Of a DNA stretch of 64,000 nucleotides, positions 35,830 to 46,525 are shown one piece after another (position 1 is the stretch's first letter; each line of letters starts with the position of its first letter). The DNA lies in assembly GCF_020745735.1 (NCBI RefSeq), contig NW_026867476.1:124001-188000 (forward strand), written 5' to 3'. Under the pieces are notes generated by a model that made no database searches, was not told the DNA's origin, and saw only the letters and a list, made by a program, of their open reading frames with translations. A program made the translations under genes and the position numbers. The stretch is from Hemiscyllium ocellatum. Its lineage: Eukaryota.

Positions 35830-36710
35830 GCAACCCATCTCTCTCTCGCTCTTTCTCGTTCTCTCACTCTCGCTTGCTCTTATTCTCTCTCTCTCTCTCC
35901 TTTCTTTCTCCCTCTCGTTCTCTCTCTCTCGTTCTCCCTCTTTCACTGTCTCTCTCTCTCTCTCGCTCTCTGTCTTGTCTCTTTCTCTCTCATTGTCTCT
36001 CTGTATCTCTGTCTCGTTCTCTCACTTGTGTTCTCACTCTCGCTCGTGTTCTCTCTCTCTCCCGTGTTCTCACTCTCTCGTTCTGTCCCCCTCTCATTTT
36101 CTCTCCCTGTCTCTGTCTGTCTCTCTGTCTCATTCTCTCTCTCATGTTCTCACTCTCCCATATTTTCTCTCTCTCTCTCTCTCATTCTGTCGCTCTCTCT
36201 CATTTTCTCTCACTGTCTCTCTGTCTCGTTCTCTCTCACGTTTTCTCTCGCTCGCTCGTGTTCTCTCTCTCTCTCCCTCCCACGTTCTCTCTCTCTCTCT
36301 CCCCCGTGTTCTCTCTCTCGTTCTGTCCCTCTCTCATTTTCTCTCCCTGTCTCTGTCTGTCTCGTTCTCTCTCGCTCGTGTTCTTTCTCTCTCTCTCTCT
36401 CTCCCGTGTTCTCTCTCTCTCTCGTTCTCTCTCTCACTGTCTCTCTCGCTCTCTTGTCTCTTTCTCTCTCATTCTCTCTCCCTGTCTCTTTCTCTGTCTC
36501 GTTCTCTCTCACTTGTATTATCACTCTCGCTCCTGTTCTCTCTCTCTGCCCCCCCCCCGTGATCTCTCTCTCTCTCTCGTTCTGTCCCTCTCTCATTTTC
36601 TCTCCGTGTCTGTCTGTCTCTCTGTCTCGTTCTCTCTCACGTTCTCTCTCTCTCTCTCCCGTGTTCTCTCTCTCTCGTTCTGTCTCTCTGTCTCGTTCTC
36701 ACTCTCTACC
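35830..36710. repeat. (CT)n-rich polypyrimidine compound microsatellite
   Basis: ~880 bp of almost pure C/T with interspersed g/a. Confidence 0.97.
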
Positions 36711-37274
36711 TTGCCCATCTTGAGGAGCAGCTGCTTGCTTCAAGCACAGACACATGGGACGGTGTGGCATCAGCCGCACATGTTCCCTCCCGTAACCGAT
36801 GTCACCAGGAGGTTCAGCCACCCTGGGGCTGCAGTGGTTTTTTTAATAAAACTGTGGAGACAGTGAGGTCAAAGGATGGGGGGAAAAACATGTCGCCGGA
36901 CTCCCTGAGTGACCTCTGCATGCAAGTGGGAGCCGACGTTGGCTTGAAATCTTTGGCTGCTGATGACAGCGATCGAACCAGCAAAGGTACGGCAGGGCAG
37001 CTCAGTCCTGTGGAAGCCTCATCCTGTTCCACGAGGAAAAATCCGGATGCTTCCCATATGCTCGACAAACGCCACCAACTGAAGCAACGGGAAGCAAAAG
37101 GGAACAGTTCCTTCATGAAAGAGAGACAGCTTCCAGCCACACCATGGAGAATCCTTTGATTTCTTTGGGATGTATGTCGGTCACTTGTACATTAATGCGT
37201 TATTTCTTATATAGCAGGTATTAGCAAAGGTTTTGCAGCATTTAGGACTGAATTTTAAAAATGTATAATTTTGA

Positions 37275-38165
37275 CATTTATAGAAGTTTATAAGATCATG
37301 AGGGGGCATGGATACCTCAGATTACAACGTGACTTTGATCAGATGGGCCAATGAGGGGCAGATGGAATTTAATTTCGATAAATGTGAGGTGCTGCATTTT
37401 GGACAAGCCAATCTTATCAGAACTTATACACTTAACGGTAAGGTCCTGGGGAGTGTCGCTGATCAAAGAGACCTTGGAGTGCAGGGTCATAGCTTCTTGA
37501 AAGTGGAGTCGCAGGTAGATAGGATAGTGAAGGAGGCGTTTGGTATGCTTTCCTTTATTGGTCAGAGTATTGAGTACAGGAGTTGGGAGGTCATGTTGCG
37601 GCTGGACAGGACATTGGTTAGGGCCACTGTTGAAATATTGCATGCAATTTCGGTCTCCTTCCTATCGGAAAGATGTTGTGAAACTTGAAAGGGTTCAGAG
37701 AAGATTTACAAGAAGGTTGCCAAGGTTGGAGGGTTTGAGCTACAGGGAGAAGTTGAACAGGCAGGGGCTGTTTTCCCTGGAGCGTCGGAGGATGAGGGGT
37801 GACCTTATAGAAGTTTGTAAGATCGTGAGGGGCATGGCTAGGATAAATACACAGTCTTTTCCCTGGGATAGGGGGAGTTCAGAACTAGAGGGCATAGGTT
37901 TAGGGTGAGAGGGGAAAGATATAAAAGAGACCGAAGGGGCAACTTTTTCACACAGAGGGTGGTACGTGTATGGAATGAGCTGCCAGAGAATGTGGTGGAG
38001 GCTGGTACAATGACAGCATTTAAGAGGCATTTGGCTGGGTATATGAATAGGAAGGGTTTGGAGGGATATGGGCTGGGTGCTGGCAGGTGGGACTAGATTG
38101 GGTTGTGATATCTGGACGGGTTGGACCGAAGGGTCTGTTTCCATGCTATACATCTCTAGGACTCC
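37275..38165 (+). mobile_element. CR1/HER1 LINE 3' fragment
   Basis: QMEFNFDKCEVLHFG..DQRDLGVQ..ERVQRRFTR..LFSLERRRMRGDLIEV; CR1 tail. Confidence 0.92.
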
Positions 38166-38215
38166 ATGTCACCAGACCTGCTGAGTCTGTCCGGCGATTG
38201 CTGCTTCAGTTTCAC

Positions 38216-38710
38216 GTTCAATCCACCCTAACCTGCACACTATGGGTAATTTAGCACGGCCAATCCACCATGACCTACACATCCCTGGGCACTATTGGTA
38301 ATTAGCATGGCCAATCCACCTTAACCTGCACATCCCTGGGAACTATGGGTAATTTAGCATAGCCAATCCACCCTAACCTGCACATCCCTGGGCACTATGG
38401 GTAATTTAGCACGGCCAACCCACCCTAACCTGCACATCCCTGGGCACTATTGGTAATTAGCATGGCCAATCCACCTTAACCTGCACATCCCTGGGCACTA
38501 TGGGTAATTTAGCATAGCCAATCCACCCTCACCTGCACATCCCTGGGCACTATGGGTAATTTAGCACGGCCTATCCACCCTAACCTGTGCATCTTCGGAC
38601 TGTGGAAGGAAACTGGAGCACCAGGAGGAAACCGATGCAGACACAGGGAGAATGTACAGTGGCCTGAGGCCCCTGGCACTGTGATGCAGTGGTGCCAACC
38701 ACTGGGCCAT
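38216..38710 (-). mobile_element. HE1-type SINE with a 7-copy internal 52-bp array (38218-38590)
   Basis: Same monomer as the large satellite, same catcttcggactgtgg junction, then V-domain and head; tail absent. Confidence 0.92.
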
Positions 38711-38741
38711 CATGCCACTCCTCTGAAACATATCTTTTAAG

Positions 38742-39065
38742 TAGAACCATGTAAACAGACCCTTCGGCCCAACCAGCCTGTGCTGCCCCTAAACCCAAAT
38801 TAAACTAGTCCCGCCCTGCCTGCGTCTGGCCGATTTCCTAATCGTGTGCTCATCCAAATGTCTTTTAAACGTTGTGACTGTAGCCACATCCACCACTTCC
38901 TCAGGAAGTTCATTCCACAAGCGAACCACTGTGCAAGAAATTTGCCCCCCTCCGTGTCTTTTTTGAAATCATTCTCCTCTCAGCTTAAAAATTTGCCCCC
39001 CCCAGTCTTGAAACCCCCCCCCCCAACCCTCAGGGAAAAGATACCTGGCGTCCATCCTATCCATA
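38742..39065 (-). mobile_element. CR1-type LINE 3' fragment
   Basis: aaacagacccttcggcccaacc..catccaaatgtcttttaaacgttgtgactgtagccacatccaccacttcc. Confidence 0.75.
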
Positions 39066-39629
39066 CCTCCCGGCTGGAGCTCACCTTGGGCAGGGTTACA
39101 GCAGGAATGAACTTTAACCTGGACGTTGTCCTTTGAGGGTCACAGACAGAGGTGGGGGAGGAGGGAGGGGAGCAAATCGCTTGGTCTCTCTCTTCACCTG
39201 CAGCACTGGTGTTCAATTTTGAGGCGCTTAAGAACTGCGATGCTCCTTCACGATTGTGTTTAGAGTCGGGAAGAGGGAGGGTGAAATGTGCTGTCAATGA
39301 TGGGACGTATTGATCGAAAGGTAACCTGGATTAAAAACAGCAGAGCTCAAAGGGGCCTCTTCAAAGCAGGAACTGTCACACGGTCGATACTTGACCTTCA
39401 GGTAAAGAAAGAACCGGCAACGTGGGGTGGAGAAAACGTAGAGAATCACCAGAGAGTTCTTCAAGAAATGGGTCTTTTATTTGCAAACAGAAAGCAGATT
39501 CTCAAATGCCCACGAACCTCCGCGTCCGCGGTTTTTAACATTTTTTTCTATTGTGTTTCTGTTAACTTATCAGCATGTCCAACTATATTAATCAAAGTAC
39601 CTTACTTTAGCCACACGATAAACCAGTGA

Positions 39630-40171
39630 TGTTAGTTCCCATCATCTCTTTAGTTGTACATTCTACTTAACGTTATTCTAATGTCACGGTTAGATGTTTG
39701 GTGCTAACTTTTGCAACAGCAGTCCTTCACTCCAGACCCTACTTAATATTTTCCTAATATCATGATTAGATATTAGGTCCAGTGATCTTCCATTCCAGCC
39801 TAACCTGTCATGATTAGATATTCCATCTATTACAATCGTCTCCTGTCTCAAGCTGACTCTACTAACTATTCATTAGATACTTAATGACATGTCCCAAATA
39901 TTTATGGTCCAATCTTGTCATAATGACACTTAACATGGAGACTACCTCTCCTAACGGTTATAGTGACCTTCCAGCCTCAGCCTCACTCTGCTGGTTGGTA
40001 TAAGAGTCTTCCAATATTCTTACCCCATCCTGCCTTCCCCAGATCACAGGTTCCCAGAGGTCTTCATGCTCTAACCCTTCCCATGCTTTCATGCTCTTTA
40101 TTTTCCATACACCTTTGTGCTCCCCTGTTCTACCGACGTGTGTGAATAAAACACAAGGGTGAATACCAACA
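39630..40171 (+). mobile_element. Candidate solo LTR
   Basis: TGTTAG...CCAACA termini, 15-bp direct repeat TCATGATTAGATATT (39760, 39808), TATAAG 39999-40004, AATAAA 40145-40150; no clear TSD. Confidence 0.4.
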
Positions 40172-40794
40172 CGTTGAACGAGGCACGCCGTTGCAATGCG
40201 ATGCCGAAAGTCACCCTGGCACGCTGCCATCGTCAAACCCCTGACGACTGAAGGTTGCTGGCTTAAGGAATAGTGAGAGAGCTGGCTTTCAAAAAAAATC
40301 CCACTCGTAAAGGAGGGTCAAAGGCGCGAGAGTGGCCAAAGGTCCCCCGCTCCGTCACTGAATGAGATCGCGGCTGATCTGGTCATCTTCAATGCTCACC
40401 TTTCTGCCTTTTCCCCCTTGATTTCTTTCCCCGAGTCAAAATCTGGTGGCGGGGTTTCAAAATCTTTAAACATATGTATCACATGTGAATAGTTCGGTCT
40501 GTTGTGCTTTGTCGCTATTTATTTTGCTTAATAAAATCTAGTTCATCGCGCATCGACGATGTGCACCTAATATTTCAGTGAGACAACCTGGCCAAAACCG
40601 AAACAAAACATGACCAATCAACCAAGCCGGATTTCAGGTCTGGGATCTGAACTGCCATGTACAGAGGAACCTCGATTACCCAGACAAGGTCACGAGGTCC
40701 TGATGTTTGCCTATCAACCCGCACTCGATCAACCGAACGAAATACTGCCCCCCCTGCCCGTGTCCTTCGATTGGATTCTGCACAGTTTGGAAAC

Positions 40795-40937
40795 TGCGGC
40801 CCAACAAGTTCACGCCGACCTTCCCAAGAGTAGCCCATCCAGACCCATTCTCTTACCCTCGATTTACCCCTGAGTCACGCACCCGACACTGTGGGCAATT
40901 GAGCTGCGAGGCAGCACTGCTAACCACCGTGCCGCCC
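40795..40937 (-). mobile_element. HE1-type SINE, centre deleted (tail fused to A-box end)
   Basis: cccaacaagttcacgccgacc..atttacccctga..cactgtgggcaatt|gagctgcgaggcagcactgctaaccaccgtgcc. Confidence 0.75.
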
Positions 40938-41670
40938 CAAATCCTCTGTCAAAAAAACCCATCAGCTGGGACCGTATTGAACAGCACCAGCCAGACATGC
41001 AAAAGGACGGTGTACAAAACAGATCCTGCTGAGAGCATGTTTGTTTATTATTGGAAATACAACTTTTAATCCCCCCTCCCTCTAATGCACAACCCCATGC
41101 AAGCTCAAGAGACGTACTTCCACTTTTGGTTTTTGCACCAGCCAGGTTCTGCACACACGAGACTCATCAGCCGGGTAGCTTCTAACGTCGGAAATGGAAT
41201 AGCCAAGGTGTATTTGAAATAAATTAACAAAAGGGTCTTCCTTATAGATTCCAAGTTGGAAAGGTTCAATTCCTCACATATACCTAGACACAGACTTTGG
41301 TATTTGTCCTAGATTAGCCAACTAGAGAGGAATCCGAAACAAATATACGTGAAAACGTGCGATTGGAGGAGGAATCCCTGGAGGGAAACTCATAGTCTGG
41401 GAGAATTTGACAGAAAATGGGAGGGTCGGCACGGGATTGAGATATCGATCCTCATGTTGCTGCGGATCCAGTTCCCGATGAGAGTTCTGGTCTAGGCAGG
41501 AAAGATCACAGATGACTCCTTTTTCCCAGGAAGAGATGCCCACAGTGCGGAAACTCAGCAATGTATCCCGGACGGTGAAGAGCAGCCGGTTACAGGGGGG
41601 ACGGTGAACGGAGAGGGGGTCATTCTCACCCCAGGATGTGGCCCACAGCAGCAACATCCAACAGCCGCAG

Positions 41671-42598
41671 TCACTCGTGAAGCCGCTGGTGCCCGACCAG
41701 GCAGTGGGACCGAGCGAAGCCCCTTCCCGCACACGGGGCAGGCGAACGGCCGCTCCGGGGCGTGGGTCCGCTGGTGCGCCAGCAGGTTGGACGACTTGGC
41801 GAACCCTTTCCCGCACACCGGGCAGGCGAACGGCCGCTCGCCGGTGTGGACCCGCCGGTGGGCGGCCAGGTTGGAGGAGCGGGCGAACCCCTTCCCGCAG
41901 GCGAGGCAGGCGAACGGCCGCTCGCCGGTGTGGACCCGCCGGTGAGCCGTCAGATTGGAGGGCTGCCGGAACCGCTTCCCGCAGGCGGCGCAGCCGAAGG
42001 GCCTCTCCTCGGAGTGGGTCCGCCGGTGCCGCAGCAGCGCGGGCAGGACCGCGAAGCCCTTGCCGCACTCGGGGCAGGCGAACGGCCGCTCGCCGGTGTG
42101 GGCGCGCCGGTGCAGGGCGAGGGCGGACGAGTGCCGGAACCGCTTCCCGCAGGCGGCGCAGCCGAACGGCCTCTCCTCGGTGTGGACCCGCTGGTGGGAC
42201 AGCAGGTGGGACGACAGCGTGAAGCCCTTCCCGCACTCGGGGCAGGCGAACGGCCGCTCCCCGGTGTGGACCCGCCGGTGGGTCTGCAGGTGGAAGGACT
42301 GGGCGAAGCCCCTGCCGCACTCGGGGCAGGCGAACGGCCGCTCGCCGGTGTGGGTCCGCCGGTGCACGGTGAGGGCGGACGAGTGCCGGAACCGCTTCCC
42401 GCAGGCGGCGCAGCCGAACGGCCTCTCCTCGGTGTGGACCCGCCGGTGGGACCAGAGACCAGACGGCTGGGTGAATCCTTCCCCACACACGGGGCAGGTG
42501 TACGGCCGCTCCCCGGTGTGGCTCCGCCGGTGGCTCTCCAGCAGGGACGGGTAGCTGAAGCCTTTCCCACAGTCCTCGCACTTCCACGGTTTCTCCAT
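41671..42598 (-). CDS. KRAB-less C2H2 zinc-finger protein, 11 fingers (~308 aa), with one +1 frameshift in finger 11
   Basis: ATG at 42598 (MEKPWKCEDCGKGF), ten intact fingers with TGERP-type linkers; removing one C from gaagccccttccc (~41720) gives CPVCGKGFARSHCLVGHQRLHE*, stop at 41671-41673; in-frame TGA upstream of the ATG; acceptor candidate at 42830; AATAAA (minus) at 41044-41049. Confidence 0.8.
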
Positions 42599-42959
42599 CT
42601 GCTCCCGGTAGCTCGTCACGTCTCTCTGCTTTTTATACAAAGCGCGCCTTCAGCTCTTTTTTCACCGCGCGTACGTTTCACCCCGACGTTTGAGATGTTT
42701 CCCCACCCACACACACACACACACAGACCGGGCAACCATTCCTAAACCGTACGCCCGAAGGCTCAGGATCCTGAGGTCCCGATGGTGGTGCGCAGTTTCC
42801 CGTCTGTGAATCCTTCTGTTTGTCAACACCTGGAAAACACGTTCACAAAACCTTTTCACTGCAAGTACTGGAGCAGAAATTCAGAGCAGAATTCTAGACC
42901 CTACGGAACACTTTGGCTCCCCTGAAGCTGGGATTCCCTGTCCCCAGACGTTCTCCGTT

Positions 42960-43250
42960 GGGGGCGTCAGTGGTTAAGCACTGCTGCCTCACAGCACCAG
43001 GGACCTGGCTCCTATCCCAGCCTGGAGTGGCTCTCTCTGTGGAGTTGGCACCTTCCTCCTTTGACTGGGTGCTCTGGTCCGAAAGGAGCTATGGGTGGAC
43101 TGGCCTTTGCTAGATCTGTCCCATAGCAACTGCAGGGGGATTAGCCCGGTGGGAAAACCAGGAATAGGGCGGGGAGCTCTTCAGGAGGGTCAGTGCAGAC
43201 TTGAGGGGCCCAGCGGCCTCTTTCTGCACAGCCGGGGATCCCCCGATTCT
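42960..43250 (+). mobile_element. HE1-type SINE (decayed)
   Basis: tcagtggttaagcactgctgcctcacagcaccagggacc head; ggagggtcagtgcagacttgagggg tail. Confidence 0.7.
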
Positions 43251-43289
43251 ACCTGGAGCACGGCAATTTGCCAAGTGAAGGTCCCCTGG

Positions 43290-43490
43290 AGTCAGAGACG
43301 AGCAGCACGGGAACACAGCCTCGCCTCCAACTCGTCTGTGCCCACCAGATATCCGAAAGGAATCTGGCTGGGTGTGGCCCACCTCCCTTCCCAGTCACGC
43401 CCCCACCCAGGTGTCTTCTACACGTTGCCATGTACCACTCCCTCGGGCAGCTCCTTCCACACGCACACCACCCACTCCGTGACAAAGTCA
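43290..43490 (-). mobile_element. CR1 3' UTR fragment
   Basis: cccaccagatatccg..catgtaccactccctcgggcagctccttccacacgcacaccaccc. Confidence 0.6.
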
Positions 43491-43554
43491 ACCACGAGCA
43501 CCATTGGGGGGGAAGGGGGAAGGGGGAGGGGGGGGAAGGGGGGAGGGGGGGGAA

Positions 43555-44054
43555 NNNNNNNNNNNNNNNNNNNNNNNNNNNNNNNNNNNNNNNNNNNNNN
43601 NNNNNNNNNNNNNNNNNNNNNNNNNNNNNNNNNNNNNNNNNNNNNNNNNNNNNNNNNNNNNNNNNNNNNNNNNNNNNNNNNNNNNNNNNNNNNNNNNNNN
43701 NNNNNNNNNNNNNNNNNNNNNNNNNNNNNNNNNNNNNNNNNNNNNNNNNNNNNNNNNNNNNNNNNNNNNNNNNNNNNNNNNNNNNNNNNNNNNNNNNNNN
43801 NNNNNNNNNNNNNNNNNNNNNNNNNNNNNNNNNNNNNNNNNNNNNNNNNNNNNNNNNNNNNNNNNNNNNNNNNNNNNNNNNNNNNNNNNNNNNNNNNNNN
43901 NNNNNNNNNNNNNNNNNNNNNNNNNNNNNNNNNNNNNNNNNNNNNNNNNNNNNNNNNNNNNNNNNNNNNNNNNNNNNNNNNNNNNNNNNNNNNNNNNNNN
44001 NNNNNNNNNNNNNNNNNNNNNNNNNNNNNNNNNNNNNNNNNNNNNNNNNNNNNN
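43555..44054. other. Assembly gap (500 N) preceded by a G-rich tract
   Basis: Run of N. Confidence 1.
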
Positions 44055-44229
44055 AACAGGAAACAAAATGGCCCAAAGGAACCCCTACACTAAACAATAT
44101 GCTCACACAACGCATGCAAGTCAGACCGGACCATCCGAACAAGGCTTCAACACCTCAGCAGGTGGCAGATCATGGTACTAAGAGTGGCGAAGCTGCAGTG
44201 GAAAGGGGGCCTAACGAGAGTACACTGGA

Positions 44230-45100
44230 ACAACAGGGAATTGTTGCGCAGCAAGACACACTAACAAAGACTTAATAAGAGGTCGAGCACAGCAAAACAC
44301 AAAGTCAACAACATGCACCACAAAACCTGCAACAATCCCAGTCTTAACAAAACAAGCCCCACTCCCATCCGCCCAAAATTCCATCCAACCAGTCGAAGGA
44401 CCGATGGCCATACCTAGCAGTCTTCTTAAGCGCCTTCCATAAATTCCATAGCTTACCCATCACTTGTTAAAAGATCTGTCCAGGCTAGTGTAATGGGAAT
44501 CAAGGTACAGCAATGTTCCCTAGTCAGTGCACAGAACCCATCTTTCTCAGCCAACCACCAGTTCAAGTCCTGCCTCATCCGTCACGCAATTCGACTGGTC
44601 ACATTCAATTGATCACACAATGCAGAGAGGGCATCATCAGGATAACTAATATATCTCTTCTGACTGTAATAGATAGAATTAACCTACTCAATATTCTTGC
44701 TAATACCAATGGCAGGGATAAGCAACTCCCAGGCCATGGCAATCTCATTTCTGGCCTTGAACATTGGGGATATCCCTTCGCTAACATACCCACAACATGC
44801 ATTGCCGGATCAGGGAAGTACTCCCGTTTAGAGTGGTGCAGAGTAGACTGGAATGGGACACTGGCACTATCAAGTGAGTCTGTCAGTCCGCCAAATCGTT
44901 CGACCCCAAGTCAGCAGGAACAGAAACGTTCAGGACGGAGATGGGGTATTAATTGACCTTTCCCAACCCGTCCTCAGTCACACAATTAGGAGAAATTACA
45001 CCTTCCAGAAACCGACAACCCCCAGAGGCAACAGTATCTCCGAACGCTGCAGTCGCCGAGTGTTGTGGGACAAATAAAGGTGTATCACTCAGCACGCCCT
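44230..45100 (-). pseudogene. env: ERV env remnant (TM subunit, little SU)
   Basis: Furin-like HSKR (44824-44835), INS IYYSQKRYISYPDDALSALCDQLNVTSRI, ISD-like RQDLNWWLAEKDG, CX6CC (CALTREHCC, 44507-44533), hydrophobic anchor; many stops and frameshifts. Confidence 0.82.
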
Positions 45101-45169
45101 TTCAACCATCGCAGTCCATTCTCACCCCTCACATACCTCAACCCCTGAGTCCATCTGTGCAGTTGGGAG

Positions 45170-46525
45170 CATCCTGTTCCAGTGTGAAGATGATATCAGG
45201 CAGATCTGCCCTCAAATGAACGGCAGTAGGTGACGCCCTGATTGCCATAAAAGAACCCTCTCTTCACGGCTCATTACACTTTCTCAGGAAAATCCGTACA
45301 TACATCAGATATCGTGGGGCAAACGGCCCCTGCCTGTTACCAAACATTGGATCCAACAGTATTTCCTGCGTGTGGATAAGCCCATGTATCATAGTTCGCC
45401 GTTGCACGCACTACTTTTGATTATGTTCCAATTCTTCCATGCTGGGCACGTCAAACAAACCCCTCCACTCGAGCACTGGCATCAGTCCACCAGTAAGCAT
45501 ATCATGCAGCACTAAGTTAGTCATGCGGTTAGTCCGCATATGCTAATGCATTTGTGCCAACGGCAGGGAATCGACCCAGTTAAGATTGCTGGCCACACAA
45601 GTTTTATTCAACTTATCCTTCAAATTAACAGTAACCCGTTCCACCATAACCTGCGACTGGGAATGATACACACAGCCAAACCTCTATTTAATATGTAAAA
45701 CCTGTCGCACCAACTCAGCCACTTTCTAGATAAAGGCAGACCCATCATCCGGACTGATCTCAGACAGTCTTCCAAACCTCAGAATAACTTATGTTGTTAA
45801 AAAGTTGTCATTGTGCCTTCCACAGAATCCTTCGACGGGATCGCTTCTACCCAGCTACTAAACCTGTTAATGACCACCAACATACATCTCTTCTTTCTCA
45901 CCGTCTTTATCGTGTCCACATAGTCAATCACCAAATGCTTAAATGGCTCTTCAGGTGCAGGTGTCTATCCTGTAAGGGTCGCTTTTCCCTTTTTGACATT
46001 ATTTTGAGCAAAGACATCACATTGCAATAATACGTAATCCATTGAAGCCTACAAGGTGGCCAAATGCCATCGCTCTTTATCTTGCTCAGCAATCTGCCTC
46101 TGGCACAATGATCAAACCCATGTGCCTTTGTGATAAGAATGGTCAACAAAGGGCTGGGCGCCACCCACAAACTTTCCTCTGTGCACCACAGGCTTTCATT
46201 GTTACGCCTGCCTCCTCCTTTGCCCCCACACCAGCGCTCAGCTATGGTCGGCTTACGTTGCATTACAATGATGTCGGCTATCGTTGGCTCTGGATCAAAA
46301 CACAACTGGTTTGCAATGACATCTGAAGCACACACAAAAACCAGTCTAGCCGCTTCATCTGCTGCCTGATCTTCCTTGACCACCCTATCACTACCTATCT
46401 TGTGTGCCTGTTACTTTATAAAAGCTGACGCTGAAGGCATCGTCAATAAGTTCATCAACACGACAATCCACGCACAATGTTGCATGGAATCCTCATTGAT
46501 CTTTTGGAAACCAGTTTGTTTCCCT
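45170..46525 (-). pseudogene. pol: ERV pol remnant: RNase H C-terminus plus integrase
   Basis: QAHK..ADEAAR (RNase H end); AHGFDHCARG (HHCC), PFKHLVIDYVD, NRFSSWVEAIP, ISPDDGSAF, YHSQSQVMVER (DDE core); C-terminal REGSF..SPTAV. Confidence 0.85.

Noticed and set aside
35757-36866. Long Ser/Leu- and Arg/Glu-rich ORFs
   Set aside because: They are translations of the (CT)n tract.
36960-36990. CTGATGA (also CTGACGA at ~40241 and ~53347 minus) as hammerheads
   Set aside because: None has a paired stem II followed by GAAA and a cleavage triplet.
39630-40171. This LTR candidate as the LTR of the 44-48 kb ERV
   Set aside because: It is in the opposite orientation, lies 4 kb away beyond a gene, and has no adjacent PBS or PPT.
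41322-42745. Several long overlapping alternate-frame and antisense ORFs
   Set aside because: They are a by-product of the extreme GC3 of the ZF frame, which depletes stop codons.
43095-44275. ORFs of 190-335 aa
   Set aside because: They are mostly X residues across the 500-N gap.
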